From an uncultured Clostridia bacterium (GTDB lineage Bacteria; Bacillota; Clostridia; Oscillospirales; CAG-272), in contig CANPZU010000008.1 of assembly GCA_947588825.1 (NCBI GenBank), forward strand, positions 1,031 through 65,030: a stretch of 64,000 nt of DNA. The letters are read 5' to 3'. The notes beneath the pieces are model-generated. The model was not told the DNA's origin and did no database searches. It saw only the letters and a list, made by a program, of their open reading frames with translations. The translations under genes were made by a program, and so were the position numbers. Shown piece after piece: positions 8,234 through 19,217 of this stretch. How positions within the stretch are numbered: position 1 is the stretch's first letter; every line of letters starts with the position of its first letter.

Positions 8234-10186
8234 ATGGCAAATAAAAAAAAGAGCGGCGCAGACAAGCTTGCTCGCTTTCTGTTCCATCAGGGTACAAACT
8301 ATCGCGCATATGAATACATGGGCGTACATAAAATTAAAGAAGGTTATGTTTTCCGCGTTTGGGCGCCAAACGCTTTTTCGGTGAGTCTTGTAAGTGATTT
8401 TACAAATTGGGACGAAGGCCTTGAAATGACCCGTCTTTCAAAAGAGGGAGTTTGGGAGTGCACGGTAAGCGAGCAGAACATCGAGGGCATGAAATACAAA
8501 TACCGTATAGACGGTAAAAACGGAGTGCATCTTAAGGCGGACCCTTACGCCTCATACGGCGAAACGCTGGCAAAGACCGCCTCTATAATACATACATGCG
8601 ACGATTTCACATGGACGGACAAGGTGTGGCTGGAAAAAAGAAAAAAAATAGCCTCGGGAAAGAATTTTTACGAGGCTCCGATGAATATATACGAAATGCA
8701 TCTCGGATCGTGGCAGACGCTTGACGGCAGAACGAATAAGTACGGGGATGCGTACCTTAACTATCGTGAGATAGCTGACCGCCTTGTTCCTTATGTCAAA
8801 CAGATGGGATACACACATGTGGAGCTGCTTCCCATAACCGAATATCCTTATGACGGGTCGTGGGGATATCAGCCGTGCTCTTACTTTGCTCCCACCTCCC
8901 GCCACGGCGCTCCCGAGGATTTCAAATATTTCGTCAATAAACTGCATTCAAACGGGGTCGGGGTCATTCTCGACTGGGTTCCCGCCCATTTTCCGAAGGA
9001 CGAGCACGGGCTTTTCGAATTTGACGGAGATTGCCTTTACGAGTATCAGGGCTGGGACAGAAAGGAGCATGCCGAGTGGGGCACAAGGTGCTTTGACGTC
9101 GCAAGAAACGAGGTGCAGTGTTTTCTCATTTCCTCCGCCATGTACTGGTTTGACCGCTTTCATATAGACGGATTGCGTGTTGACGCGGTTGCCTCGATGC
9201 TCTACCTTGACTATTCGAGAAAACCGGGGGAGTGGATACCCAACAAATACGGCGGAAACGAAAATTTAGAGTCGGTGGCCTTCTTCCAAAAGCTGAACAC
9301 CGTCATATTCGCCGGTTATCCGGATGTACTGATGATCGCCGAGGAGTCTACCGCGTGGCCAAACGTCACCGGTCCCATACACGACATGGGGCTCGGATTT
9401 AACTTTAAGTGGAATATGGGCTGGGCGAACGACATGTACGACTATATAGCGGCGGATCCCATATACAGGCAGTACATGCATTCAAAGCTGACCTTTTCGC
9501 TTTGCTATTCCTTTTCGGAAAATTTCATCCTTCCGGTTTCGCATGACGAAGTGGTGCACGGTAAAAAATCGCTGCTTGACAAGATGTACGGAGATTACGA
9601 TCAGAAATTCGCAACTGACAGAATCTTTATGATGTACCAAATGACACATCCGGGTAAAAAGCTGACGTTTATGGGCTGCGAGTACGGCCAATTTCGAGAA
9701 TGGGACTATGAAAATCAGCTTGAGTGGTTCATGCTTGACTATCCGAAGCACGCCGCGCTGAAAAAATACGTTCAAAAGCTGAATAATCTTTACCTGTGCC
9801 GCAGCGAGCTGTGGCAGGACGATCTCTCGTGGCACGGATTTGAGTGGATATTTGCCGATAGGAACGAGGATAATCTCATCGCCTTCAAAAGACGCGACAG
9901 GAAGGATCGAGAGCTTGTAATTGTCATAAACTTCTCCCCGTGCGAGAGAAATAATTATCTCATTCCGGCCGGGACGTTCCCGGTATACCGAAAGCTTATC
10001 GATACCGATAAGGTAGAATTCGGAGGAACGGGAAAGCTTAAAAAACGCATATACCGTCCCGAGAAAAACAAATTTGACCCCAAAGATACCGAGCGTTATA
10101 TCGTGCTTGATCTGCCGCCGCTTTGCGGAATCATTCTCGAGGCGCAACCGAAAGAGAAAACTGAAACCGAAAACGGTAAGACATAA
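8234..10186 (+). CDS. glgB: 1,4-alpha-glucan branching enzyme
   Basis: GH13 branching-enzyme motifs: HVELLPITEYPYDGSWGYQ, GVILDWVPAHF, HIDGLRVDAVASMLY, MIAEESTAWP, LPVSHDEVVHGK. Start moved to MANKKK (8234), which has an AAAGG RBS. Confidence 0.9.
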   Translation: MANKKKSGADKLARFLFHQGTNYRAYEYMGVHKIKEGYVFRVWAPNAFSVSLVSDFTNWDEGLEMTRLSKEGVWECTVSEQNIEGMKYKYRIDGKNGVHLKADPYASYGETLAKTASIIHTCDDFTWTDKVWLEKRKKIASGKNFYEAPMNIYEMHLGSWQTLDGRTNKYGDAYLNYREIADRLVPYVKQMGYTHVELLPITEYPYDGSWGYQPCSYFAPTSRHGAPEDFKYFVNKLHSNGVGVILDWVPAHFPKDEHGLFEFDGDCLYEYQGWDRKEHAEWGTRCFDVARNEVQCFLISSAMYWFDRFHIDGLRVDAVASMLYLDYSRKPGEWIPNKYGGNENLESVAFFQKLNTVIFAGYPDVLMIAEESTAWPNVTGPIHDMGLGFNFKWNMGWANDMYDYIAADPIYRQYMHSKLTFSLCYSFSENFILPVSHDEVVHGKKSLLDKMYGDYDQKFATDRIFMMYQMTHPGKKLTFMGCEYGQFREWDYENQLEWFMLDYPKHAALKKYVQKLNNLYLCRSELWQDDLSWHGFEWIFADRNEDNLIAFKRRDRKDRELVIVINFSPCERNNYLIPAGTFPVYRKLIDTDKVEFGGTGKLKKRIYRPEKNKFDPKDTERYIVLDLPPLCGIILEAQPKEKTETENGKT

Positions 10187-10229
10187 ATTCTCAGATGCAA
10201 ATACACAAAATACAAAGGAGTGAAAGAAT

Positions 10230-11447
10230 ATGTCCGAAAAGAAAGAATGTGTTGCAATGCTGCTTGCGGGAGGACAGGGAAGCAGACTGTATACTCTGAC
10301 CGAGAATACGGCAAAGCCCGCCGTGCCATTCGGAGGCAAGTACAGGATAATCGATTTTCCTCTGTCAAACTGCATAAATTCGGGTATCGACACGGTGGGA
10401 GTTCTTACTCAGTATCAGCCGCTTGAGCTGAACGAGTATATCGGTAACGGACAGCCGTGGGATCTTGACAGAAATGTAGGAGGAGTTATGGTGCTTCCTC
10501 CTTATCAGGGTTACAACGGCGCCGACTGGTATAAAGGAACCGCCAATGCGATCTATCAAAATCTGAATTTCATAGACAGGTATAATCCCGAGTATGTGCT
10601 TGTCCTTTCGGGCGATCACATATACAAGATGAATTACGACGATATGCTCGATTTTCACAAGAAAAAAGAGGCGGACTGCACGATCGCCGTTTTGAATGTT
10701 CCGCTTGAAGAAGCCTGCCGTTTCGGTATCATGAACGCCGACGGCGACGGCAAGATCTTTGAGTTTGAGGAAAAGCCCAAGCATCCCAAATCTACTAAGG
10801 CGTCTATGGGGATATACATATTCAATTACAAAAAACTCAGACAGTATTTGATAGAGGACGAGAATAACCCGACAAGCTCCAACGATTTCGGAAAAAATAT
10901 CATACCGACCATGCTTGACCGCGGCGAGAGGCTTTTCGCGTATCCCTTCAAAGGCTATTGGAAGGATGTCGGAACTATCGAGTCTCTTTGGGAGGCGAAC
11001 ATGGACCTTCTCGGCAAAGAGCCGAAATTCAATATACACGATAAGGAACACAGGATATATTTCAGGACTCCGGCGCGGACGGCAGAGTATATAGGCGATA
11101 ATGCCACGGTCTCCAACTCCATGGTGACGGAGGGCTGCGAGGTGTACGGGACCGTTATAAATTCGGTGCTGTTCAGCGGAGTATATGTGGCTCCGGGAGC
11201 CGTTGTAAAGGACAGCGTGATAATGAGCGATACGGTCATTGAAAAGGACGCCAAGGTGGAGTACTGCATTGTTGACCGCGAGGTCAAGATTTCTCAGGGA
11301 GCGCACCTGGGCCAGCCGAAAGACGAAAAGGCAGGGATCACAGTAATAGGCAGGGGACTTTATATACCCGCGGGTCGGATCATCCCGGGCGGACTTATGA
11401 TAAACGCCGATAAGCTTGCAAAAATGAATCAGACACAGGAGGGTTAA
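10230..11447 (+). CDS. glgC: glucose-1-phosphate adenylyltransferase
   Basis: [43 protein letters not shown] is the canonical N-terminus. A left-handed beta-helix repeat region forms the C-terminus. RBS AAAGGAG. Confidence 0.95.
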   Translation: MSEKKECVAMLLAGGQGSRLYTLTENTAKPAVPFGGKYRIIDFPLSNCINSGIDTVGVLTQYQPLELNEYIGNGQPWDLDRNVGGVMVLPPYQGYNGADWYKGTANAIYQNLNFIDRYNPEYVLVLSGDHIYKMNYDDMLDFHKKKEADCTIAVLNVPLEEACRFGIMNADGDGKIFEFEEKPKHPKSTKASMGIYIFNYKKLRQYLIEDENNPTSSNDFGKNIIPTMLDRGERLFAYPFKGYWKDVGTIESLWEANMDLLGKEPKFNIHDKEHRIYFRTPARTAEYIGDNATVSNSMVTEGCEVYGTVINSVLFSGVYVAPGAVVKDSVIMSDTVIEKDAKVEYCIVDREVKISQGAHLGQPKDEKAGITVIGRGLYIPAGRIIPGGLMINADKLAKMNQTQEG

Positions 11448-11452
11448 CAGAA

Positions 11453-12595
11453 ATGGCTGTAACAGCGGCAGGAATTATTTTTTCCAATTTGCACGATAAT
11501 AACATACCCGAGCTCACAAGGGTCCGCACGATGGCGTCGGTGCCATTCGGGTGCAGATACCGTTTTATAGACTTTGCTCTGTCCAACATGGTTAACTCGG
11601 GCATAACTAACGTCAACGTTATAACGCACAACAATTATCACTCGCTTATGGACCATGTGGGAAGCGGAAAGGATTGGGACCTTGCCCGAAGAAGCGGTGG
11701 ACTTCGAATACTTCCTCCCTTTATAAGCCCCGCTTCAAAGGATTCCAAGCTCTTTTCCACACGGCTTGAGGCTCTCTGCTCGATAAGCGATCTCATCGAC
11801 AGCATGAAAGAAGAACTGATAGTGATGTCCGATTGCGACAGCATATGCAATATAAATCTTCAGGAGATGATTGCAAAACATGTCGCTTCGGGCGCAGATA
11901 TCACCTTTGCCGTCAAGAAAACGGTTTTGACCGCCGAGAAGGCTCACAGCGAGGCGATAGTCAAATCAGATGAAGAAGGTTATATAACCGAGATAATCGA
12001 TCAACCCGAGGATTTTAAGGGAGAGCAGGACGTCGTTATAAACATCAGCGTTATAAACAAGGACACCCTTTCATCAATAGTACATGAGGCAAGAAGCAAA
12101 AATTATTCCAATATGTACACCGATATAATAAACAAGGTGTCGAGCTCCAAAAAATTCAGAATATACAGGTACGACGGATTTTACGCCGACGTCACATCTA
12201 TGACCGATTACTACGAATGCAATATGAGCATTCTTGAAAAGTGCAACAGAGACGCGCTTTTCGGCATCAAAAGCCGGCCCGTGCTCACAAAGGTTCGAAA
12301 CAGCGCTCCCGCAAAATACATAAACGGCAGTAAGGTTGTTAATTCGATGATAGCGGACGGCTGCGTAATCGAGGGAACGGTTGAAAACTCCATGCTCTTT
12401 CGTGGCGTCATAGTCGGAAAGGGAACGGTGATAAAAAACTGCATTCTTTTCCAGGATGTTCACACGGGCGAAAACGTCTTTTTAAACTGCGTCATTGCCG
12501 ACAAGAACGTCAATATAACCGACAACGTCATGCTGTCAGGGCACAGAACGGTGCCATTTTACATTGAAAAGGGAAAGGTAATAAAAGATCGCTGA
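11453..12595 (+). CDS. glgD: glucose-1-phosphate adenylyltransferase regulatory subunit GlgD
   Basis: GlgC paralogue (ASVPFGCRYRFIDFALSNMVNSGI) lacking the GGxGxRL motif. It starts 5 nt after glgC, as in Firmicutes glgCD pairs. Confidence 0.85.
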   Translation: MAVTAAGIIFSNLHDNNIPELTRVRTMASVPFGCRYRFIDFALSNMVNSGITNVNVITHNNYHSLMDHVGSGKDWDLARRSGGLRILPPFISPASKDSKLFSTRLEALCSISDLIDSMKEELIVMSDCDSICNINLQEMIAKHVASGADITFAVKKTVLTAEKAHSEAIVKSDEEGYITEIIDQPEDFKGEQDVVINISVINKDTLSSIVHEARSKNYSNMYTDIINKVSSSKKFRIYRYDGFYADVTSMTDYYECNMSILEKCNRDALFGIKSRPVLTKVRNSAPAKYINGSKVVNSMIADGCVIEGTVENSMLFRGVIVGKGTVIKNCILFQDVHTGENVFLNCVIADKNVNITDNVMLSGHRTVPFYIEKGKVIKDR

Positions 12596-12666
12596 TTCCA
12601 CGCCTTTTTGCTCATTATGTCTCAGTCGGCTTTGTTTAAAGCGCGCGAATTTGTTCATATTAATGA

Positions 12667-12695
12667 TTGAAACCGATTTAAAATTGTGTTATAAT
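12667..12695 (+). promoter_or_regulatory. sigma-A type promoter upstream of glgA
   Basis: TTGAAA (12667-12672), 17-nt spacer ending in TGt, TATAAT (12690-12695). Confidence 0.6.
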
Positions 12696-12889
12696 GTAAA
12701 TTGTGACACGGCGGCCTTATACAAAAGCCGTTAAACATTTTATGTTACATCAATACAACAAGTTCTCAACCGCTTTTCAAATTAAAAGCTATTCTTTGAC
12801 ATGTTGAATTTGCAATTTGATTATTTGTTTTTCCTTTTGTATTCCGACGGCTTCGGAGCTTATAAAATGATGAAAGGAACGTGCGTAAA

Positions 12890-14317
12890 ATGAAAATACT
12901 GTATGTTGGCGCAGAGGCGCTTCCCTTCGCATCAACGGGAGGACTGGGCGACGTCATGGGTTCGCTTCCCGCGGCTTTGGCAAACTCGAATGAAACGCTT
13001 GATGTTCGTGCGGTAATGCCCCTGTATTCAAAGATTCCGTCAATTTATAGAGACAAAATGACGAAAGTCGACGAATTTACCGTATATTTGAGTTGGAGAC
13101 GTCAGTACTGCGGCGTATGGAAACTGGTTAAGGATAACGTCATATGGTATTTTATCGATAACGAGTACTATTTTAAGAGAGACGGTCTTTACGGTTACTA
13201 TGACGACGGCGAAAGATATGCGTTTTTCTGCATGTCCGTCCTTGAGATGATGTCTCATATCGGCTTTTTCCCCGATGTGCTTCACGCAAATGATTGGCAT
13301 ACGGCACTTACCGTGATATACCTTCGCAGAAAGTACCGTTATGACGCCATCAGGGCCGTTTATACCATTCATAACATCGAATATCAGGGCGTTTACGGTA
13401 AGGAAATACTCGGAGATGTTTTCGGTCTCGGAGACGACGATTTCGGCATCGTTGATTTTAACGGCTGCATCAATCTGACAAAAGGGGCGATTGTTTGCTG
13501 CGACAAGCTGACCACCGTCAGCCAGAAGTACAGCGAGGAAATAAAAACGCCGTACTTTGCACACGGCCTCCACAGCATCATTTCCGATTACGGTTACAAG
13601 ACTTGCGGTATTGTGAACGGAATAGACTATGATTATTACGATCCGAAAAACGACCCGGTTCTTCCGACTCCGGGATATTCCGCATCGTATCGAACCTTTG
13701 CCGGCAAGGCGCAAAACAAAGCCGCGCTGCAAAAGCTGTTCTCTCTCCCCATTGAGCCGGACGTGCCCCTTATTTCAATGATATCAAGGCTTGCTTCTCA
13801 CAAGGGACTTGACATCGTCGAAGGCGCGCTTGAGGAGTTTATTGCCGGCTCTGAGGTCCAGTTTATAGTGCTCGGAACGGGCGAGTACGAATACGAAAAT
13901 TATTTTCGGTATTTGCAGGACAAATATCCTTCTAAGGTCGTTGCCTGCATACAGTTCGACAAGGTGCTTGCAAAGCAGGTATACGCCGGTTCGGACATAT
14001 TTCTCATGCCCTCAAAAAGCGAGCCCTGCGGCCTTTCGCAGATGATTGCCAGCAGGTACGGAGCCGTTCCCGTGGTAAGAGAAACGGGCGGACTTTACGA
14101 CACTATCAAGGCGTATAATCACGAAACCGGTAAGGGCAACGGAGTCACCTTTTTCTCGTATGACCCCGGCGAACTGCTTGTGGCGCTGAGAAGGACGCTT
14201 GAGCTCTACTATGATAAAGCTCAGTGGAAGAAGCTTGTAAGAAACGCCATGAATATGGATTTTACTTGGGGCGCCTCCGCCAAAAAGTATTTCGATCTTT
14301 ACAAAGAGCTGAGCTGA
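12890..14317 (+). CDS. glgA: glycogen synthase (ADP-glucose type, GT5)
   Basis: MKILYVGAEALPFASTGGLGDVMGSLP is the canonical KxGGL-type N-terminus. C-terminal SKSEPCGLSQMIASRYG is also typical. ATG at 12890 with an AAAGGAA RBS is preferred over the GTG at 12881. Confidence 0.93.
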   Translation: MKILYVGAEALPFASTGGLGDVMGSLPAALANSNETLDVRAVMPLYSKIPSIYRDKMTKVDEFTVYLSWRRQYCGVWKLVKDNVIWYFIDNEYYFKRDGLYGYYDDGERYAFFCMSVLEMMSHIGFFPDVLHANDWHTALTVIYLRRKYRYDAIRAVYTIHNIEYQGVYGKEILGDVFGLGDDDFGIVDFNGCINLTKGAIVCCDKLTTVSQKYSEEIKTPYFAHGLHSIISDYGYKTCGIVNGIDYDYYDPKNDPVLPTPGYSASYRTFAGKAQNKAALQKLFSLPIEPDVPLISMISRLASHKGLDIVEGALEEFIAGSEVQFIVLGTGEYEYENYFRYLQDKYPSKVVACIQFDKVLAKQVYAGSDIFLMPSKSEPCGLSQMIASRYGAVPVVRETGGLYDTIKAYNHETGKGNGVTFFSYDPGELLVALRRTLELYYDKAQWKKLVRNAMNMDFTWGASAKKYFDLYKELS

Positions 14318-14578
14318 GCGCTTCAAAATATGCGGCCTCTCATGTCCGAGATATGCTTCTCTTTCGGGTAAATTTGAAACATTTGCGATTTTTTAACGGC
14401 TTTCGCGAGACTTTTTGTAAAAGGTCCCGCGAAAGCGAGTCTTTGCCGCAGCGCTCCCGACACGTTTTTTGTATCGGATGGAAATATTGTTTTTTGCCGA
14501 TATGATTACCCATAGCGGCAAATATTTTTATGTTATTCGGTATGACAAAGTGCAGCTGACAGTGCAATTTGCGTATAC

Positions 14579-14584
14579 TATAAT
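14579..14584 (+). promoter_or_regulatory. candidate -10 box (TATAAT) with CTGACA -35 at 14556-14561, upstream of glgP
   Basis: CTGACA-N17-TATAAT read directly. The -35 is weaker than at the other promoters. Confidence 0.4.
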
Positions 14585-14655
14585 AAATATATAAATACAA
14601 ACTCCGACCGCAAAACTGAATTTTTATGCGGCAACGGTACAATGGAAGGTACTAT

Positions 14656-17142
14656 ATGGATAAAAGGACATCAAAATCAAAAAAAGCGACAGTTGAAACA
14701 AAAGAAAAGACAAATAAGAAGGAAAAAGAGCTCAGACTCGGAATTGAAAATAAGCTTTCAAGATACTTTGGCACGACGCCTGAGGAGGCAAACAAGGATC
14801 AGATATACAAATCGGTAGTTCTCTCGGTAAAAGAGATAATGTCTCACAAGCGCACCGAATTCAAGAGGAATGTCAAAGAGCAGGAGGGAAAGAAAGTTTA
14901 TTATCTCTGCATGGAATTCCTGATAGGCAAATCTTTAAAAAACAACCTTATGAATCTCGGCATATGCGACGAGTATACCAAGATACTTAAGGACATGGGT
15001 TATGATATAAACGAGCTATATGAAATGGAGATGAATGCGGGACTCGGCAACGGAGGACTCGGCAGACTCGCGGCCTGCTTTATGGACTCTCTGACGACGC
15101 TGAATTACAGTGCGACCGGCTTTTCCATACTCTATGAATACGGCATTTTTAAACAGAAAATAATTGACGGAGATCAGGTGGAGCTTCCCGACGTGTGGAT
15201 GCCCTCGGGAGAAAGCTGGCTCGTTCCCCGCACCGATAAAACATGCACCGTCAGATTCGGCGGAAGAATACAGGAAAGTTGGAACAACGGCAAGTGTGAT
15301 ATCATTCACACCGACTATACCGAGATACAGGCGGTGCCGTACGACATGCTCATTTCGGGAGCCGACTGTGAGGCGGTAAACTCGCTCAGACTTTGGAAGG
15401 CGGTCAATGTCAATAACAATTTCAATATGGGACTCTTTTCACAGGGCGAATATATAAAGGCCATGGAGAAGAGCAACGAAGCAGAAATCATTTCAAAAGT
15501 GCTGTACCCTTCCGACAATCACGACGAGGGAAAGCTTTTACGCCTTTCACAGCAGTACTTTTTAGTTTGCGCTTCGCTTCAAAGCATAATAGCCGACCAT
15601 CTGCGCAGCTACGGTACTCTTGAAAATTTTGCTGATAAAGTGGCGATTCATATAAACGACACTCATCCGGCTCTTGTCGTGCCCGAGCTTATGAGAATAT
15701 TGATCGATACTTATTCTTATTCGTGGGAGGACGCGTGGGATATAGTCACAAGGACGGTAACTTATACAAATCACACGGTGCTTCCCGAAGCGCTTGAAAC
15801 GTGGAATGAGGATCTGTTCAGATTTAAGCTTCCGAGAATCCATATGATAATTGCCGAGATAAACCGCCGCTTCTGCGCCGATTTGTGGCAGAAATACCCC
15901 GGCGATTGGGACAGGATAAACAACATGTCTTTAATATCTCACAACAGGGTCAAAATGGCCAATCTAAGCATTGTCGGTTCACACACGGTAAACGGGGTTT
16001 CAAAGCTGCACTCCGACATTCTTACAAAGACGATTTTTTCGGATTTTTACAATTATACGCCCGAAAAGTTTACAAATGTGACGAACGGAATAGCTCACCG
16101 CAGGTGGCTGTGCTACAGTAATCCGGGGCTTTGCGCGCTTCTTGACAACACGATAGGTCCGCTTTACCGAAAAGAACCCGAAAGACTCGAGGATTTTAAA
16201 AATTACGCAAACGATAGCGCGGTGCTTGAAAAACTCGGCGAGATAAAGAAGAAGAATAAAGAGACTTTTGCAAAGTACCTTAAAGAAAGGAGCGGCGTAA
16301 TCGTTGACACTTCTTCACTCTTTGACGTACAGGTCAAGAGAATGCACGAGTATAAGAGACAGCTTCTTAACGCTCTTAAGATTATAAGCGTCTATGTCGA
16401 GCTCAAAGAAAATCCGAATAAAGAAATGATCCCGCAGACTTTCATCTTTTCCGCAAAGGCGGCCCCCGGCTACTATATGGCAAAGCAGATAATAAAGCTT
16501 ATCTACTGCATCGGTGCGCAGATTGAAAAGGATCCCGTGATTTCAAAGAAAATGAGAGTTATATTCGTCGAGGATTACAATGTATCGGTGGCGGAGGTTC
16601 TTATTCCGTCGGCCGATGTTTCCGAACAGATTTCTCTTGCCGGTAAGGAAGCAAGCGGAACGGGAAATATGAAGCTGATGATAAACGGCGCGCTGACGCT
16701 TGGTACGCTTGACGGTGCGAATGTCGAAATAGCCGAGGCGGTGGGTCGCGACAACATATATATTTTCGGGCATACGACAAACGAGGTAGAGGACCTGTGG
16801 AAGAGCGGATACCGTGCATTTGACTACTACGGTTCGAGCGAGCTGCTCAGAAAGACGGTTGATCGCCTAAACGAGGGCTTCAACGGGGTGAATTTCTCCG
16901 ACTTTTACAACTACCTCTTGATAGGTCCCGGTATTGCCGACCCTTATATGTGTCTTGCGGACTTTGAGTCCTATCTTGCCGCATACAACAAGCTTCTTTG
17001 CGATTACGGCGACAGTATCAAGTGGAACAGGATGTCTCTTAACAATATCGCCTCTGCCGGAATATTTGCGGCGGACAGAAGTATAAGGGAGTATGCAGAG
17101 AATATATGGCACATTACTCCCATAACCAAAAAGTCAAAATAA
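14656..17142 (+). CDS. glgP: glycogen/maltodextrin phosphorylase (GT35)
   Basis: Has YYLCMEFLIGKSL, GLGNGGLGRLAACF and the PLP-lysine region EQISLAGKEASGTGNMKLMINGALTLGTLDGANVEI. Start at MDKRTSK (14656) with a GGAAGG RBS. Confidence 0.93.
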   Translation: MDKRTSKSKKATVETKEKTNKKEKELRLGIENKLSRYFGTTPEEANKDQIYKSVVLSVKEIMSHKRTEFKRNVKEQEGKKVYYLCMEFLIGKSLKNNLMNLGICDEYTKILKDMGYDINELYEMEMNAGLGNGGLGRLAACFMDSLTTLNYSATGFSILYEYGIFKQKIIDGDQVELPDVWMPSGESWLVPRTDKTCTVRFGGRIQESWNNGKCDIIHTDYTEIQAVPYDMLISGADCEAVNSLRLWKAVNVNNNFNMGLFSQGEYIKAMEKSNEAEIISKVLYPSDNHDEGKLLRLSQQYFLVCASLQSIIADHLRSYGTLENFADKVAIHINDTHPALVVPELMRILIDTYSYSWEDAWDIVTRTVTYTNHTVLPEALETWNEDLFRFKLPRIHMIIAEINRRFCADLWQKYPGDWDRINNMSLISHNRVKMANLSIVGSHTVNGVSKLHSDILTKTIFSDFYNYTPEKFTNVTNGIAHRRWLCYSNPGLCALLDNTIGPLYRKEPERLEDFKNYANDSAVLEKLGEIKKKNKETFAKYLKERSGVIVDTSSLFDVQVKRMHEYKRQLLNALKIISVYVELKENPNKEMIPQTFIFSAKAAPGYYMAKQIIKLIYCIGAQIEKDPVISKKMRVIFVEDYNVSVAEVLIPSADVSEQISLAGKEASGTGNMKLMINGALTLGTLDGANVEIAEAVGRDNIYIFGHTTNEVEDLWKSGYRAFDYYGSSELLRKTVDRLNEGFNGVNFSDFYNYLLIGPGIADPYMCLADFESYLAAYNKLLCDYGDSIKWNRMSLNNIASAGIFAADRSIREYAENIWHITPITKKSK

Positions 17143-17187
17143 AGATCAGAGGTTTTTTTGGTATGTGTCGTGATTTTGGTGAGGGCA

Positions 17188-19104
17188 ATGATACCCGATG
17201 AACTTAAAAACGAAATAACACTTACGAAAACGTCAAAAAACACCGCAAACGCCGAGTATTTTTCTGCTTTTGACAATGAGGACACTCTCACTGTAACGCT
17301 TAAGGCACCCCGGGAGGCAGGAATAAGCTCGCCGTACGCGGAGTTTTACAGAGACGATGACAACGAGCGCTTTGAGTTGTTTTTCACGTGGACGGGCCGG
17401 GATAAACGCGACCCGTATAAGGAAACATATACCCTTGTGATCAAAACTTCAAACATTTGCCGCTTTAACGGCAAAGAATATGCCAGCGGGCTTTTCTATT
17501 ACAGCATTGTGATAAACAGCGCGTACGGCAGATACCGCATTTCCCGCAGATACGATTCGTACTCTCCGAGAATAGAGAACGCCGACGACCCGTACGACGC
17601 CTTTCAACTCACGGTTTATGAAAAGGTATATGCTCCCGTTAAAGGCTTTTCGGGAGGGATTATGTATCACATATTTGTCGACCGGTTTTGCAAAGGCGGC
17701 AATTTTCCGATAAGGCAGGACGCCTTGCTTAATGAGGACTGGGAAAACGGCGTTCCGCAGTATGCCTCGGAGAGGGGCGGTTTTGTTGAAAACAATATGT
17801 TCTTCGGTGGAACGCTTAAGGGAGTCGAGAGCAAGCTTGACTATCTTGCCTCGCTCGGCGTCAATATAATCTATCTCTCGCCGATATTCGAAGCTTATTC
17901 AAATCATAAATACGACACGGGCAGATACGATAGAGTGGATGCCATGTTCGGCGGCGACGGCGCGCTTGAGGATCTTATTAAAAGTGCTTCGCAAAAGGGA
18001 ATCAAGATAATACTCGATATGGTGTTCAATCACACCGGCTCGGACAGCATGTACTTTAATAAGAAGGGCCGATACGACACGTTAGGAGCATATCAAAGTA
18101 AGGAGTCTCCTTATTACGGCTGGTATGACTTTGAAAGCTATCCCGACAGATACAGATGCTGGTGGGGGGTTGATATTCTGCCCGCCGTCAGGACCGAGGA
18201 GAAAAGCTATGACCGGTATATAAACGGCGAGGACGGCATTGTTAAAAAATACCTTAAAAAAGGCGTGTCGGGGTACCGACTCGACGTCGCCGACGAGCTT
18301 TCTCCGATTTTTCTGGAAAATCTGACCTCGGCGGTCAAGAGCGAGAATCCGAACGCGCTTATAATCGGCGAGGTTTGGGAGGACGCCTCCTGCAAGATCG
18401 CGTACGATAAACGCCGGCGCTACTTCAGGGGCAGACAGATTGATTCGGTTATGAATTACCCGTTAAGGCAGGGTATTATAGAGTTTGTAAAAAACAAAAA
18501 CAACAGCGCGCTTTTTAAGGCGAGCGTTACGCTCTACCAAAACTATCCTAAATTTGTAAGCGACAATCTGATGAATTTTCTCGGCACTCACGATACCGAG
18601 CGAATTCTTACCGTACTTGGAACAGACGGCGAAGAAGGTATGAGCGCCGACCTTCTTGCAAGGTACAAAATGTCTGAATCTCAAAGAAAAAAAGCGCTCG
18701 AAATGCTTAAAAACGCATATGTGCTCCTTGCCTTTATGCCCGGAATACCTTGTATATATTACGGCGACGAGGCCGGGATGGAGGGCTTTCGCGATCCGTT
18801 TAACCGCATGCCCTATATTTGGGGAAGAGAGGACGCCTCGCTGATTTCTCACTACCGTAAAATAGGAAAGATCAGAAGAGAGCACGAGGCTTTTTGCAGC
18901 GGATACTACAAGGTGATCGAGGGAACGCCTCAAGGCGTATTTTGTTTTCTGAGGATCGGTGAATCCGAGAAAATAGCGGTATGCGTCAACTGCGGCACAG
19001 AAGGATATCTTCTTAATATTTCTGGCGAGTCTCTCAATGACGGGAAAAGGCAAAGTTCGTTTGATATTCCGTGCGGCTCATATGACATAATACTTCAGAG
19101 CTGA
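17188..19104 (+). CDS. GH13 alpha-amylase-family enzyme (neopullulanase/cyclomaltodextrinase-like)
   Basis: GH13 conserved regions: ILDMVFNHTGSDS, GYRLDVADEL, IGEVWEDAS, NFLGTHDTERI. The start is uncertain (TTG 17158 or ATG 17188). Confidence 0.8.
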   Translation: MIPDELKNEITLTKTSKNTANAEYFSAFDNEDTLTVTLKAPREAGISSPYAEFYRDDDNERFELFFTWTGRDKRDPYKETYTLVIKTSNICRFNGKEYASGLFYYSIVINSAYGRYRISRRYDSYSPRIENADDPYDAFQLTVYEKVYAPVKGFSGGIMYHIFVDRFCKGGNFPIRQDALLNEDWENGVPQYASERGGFVENNMFFGGTLKGVESKLDYLASLGVNIIYLSPIFEAYSNHKYDTGRYDRVDAMFGGDGALEDLIKSASQKGIKIILDMVFNHTGSDSMYFNKKGRYDTLGAYQSKESPYYGWYDFESYPDRYRCWWGVDILPAVRTEEKSYDRYINGEDGIVKKYLKKGVSGYRLDVADELSPIFLENLTSAVKSENPNALIIGEVWEDASCKIAYDKRRRYFRGRQIDSVMNYPLRQGIIEFVKNKNNSALFKASVTLYQNYPKFVSDNLMNFLGTHDTERILTVLGTDGEEGMSADLLARYKMSESQRKKALEMLKNAYVLLAFMPGIPCIYYGDEAGMEGFRDPFNRMPYIWGREDASLISHYRKIGKIRREHEAFCSGYYKVIEGTPQGVFCFLRIGESEKIAVCVNCGTEGYLLNISGESLNDGKRQSSFDIPCGSYDIILQS

Positions 19105-19217
19105 GTTTTTATTTTGTCGTACATTTAATGTTAATGAGAATTTCACAACATATTAAGAAATATGCGAAAAAAATAAGATATAATGAAAAAAACACAAAGG
19201 ACGGGAGAAATAATAAT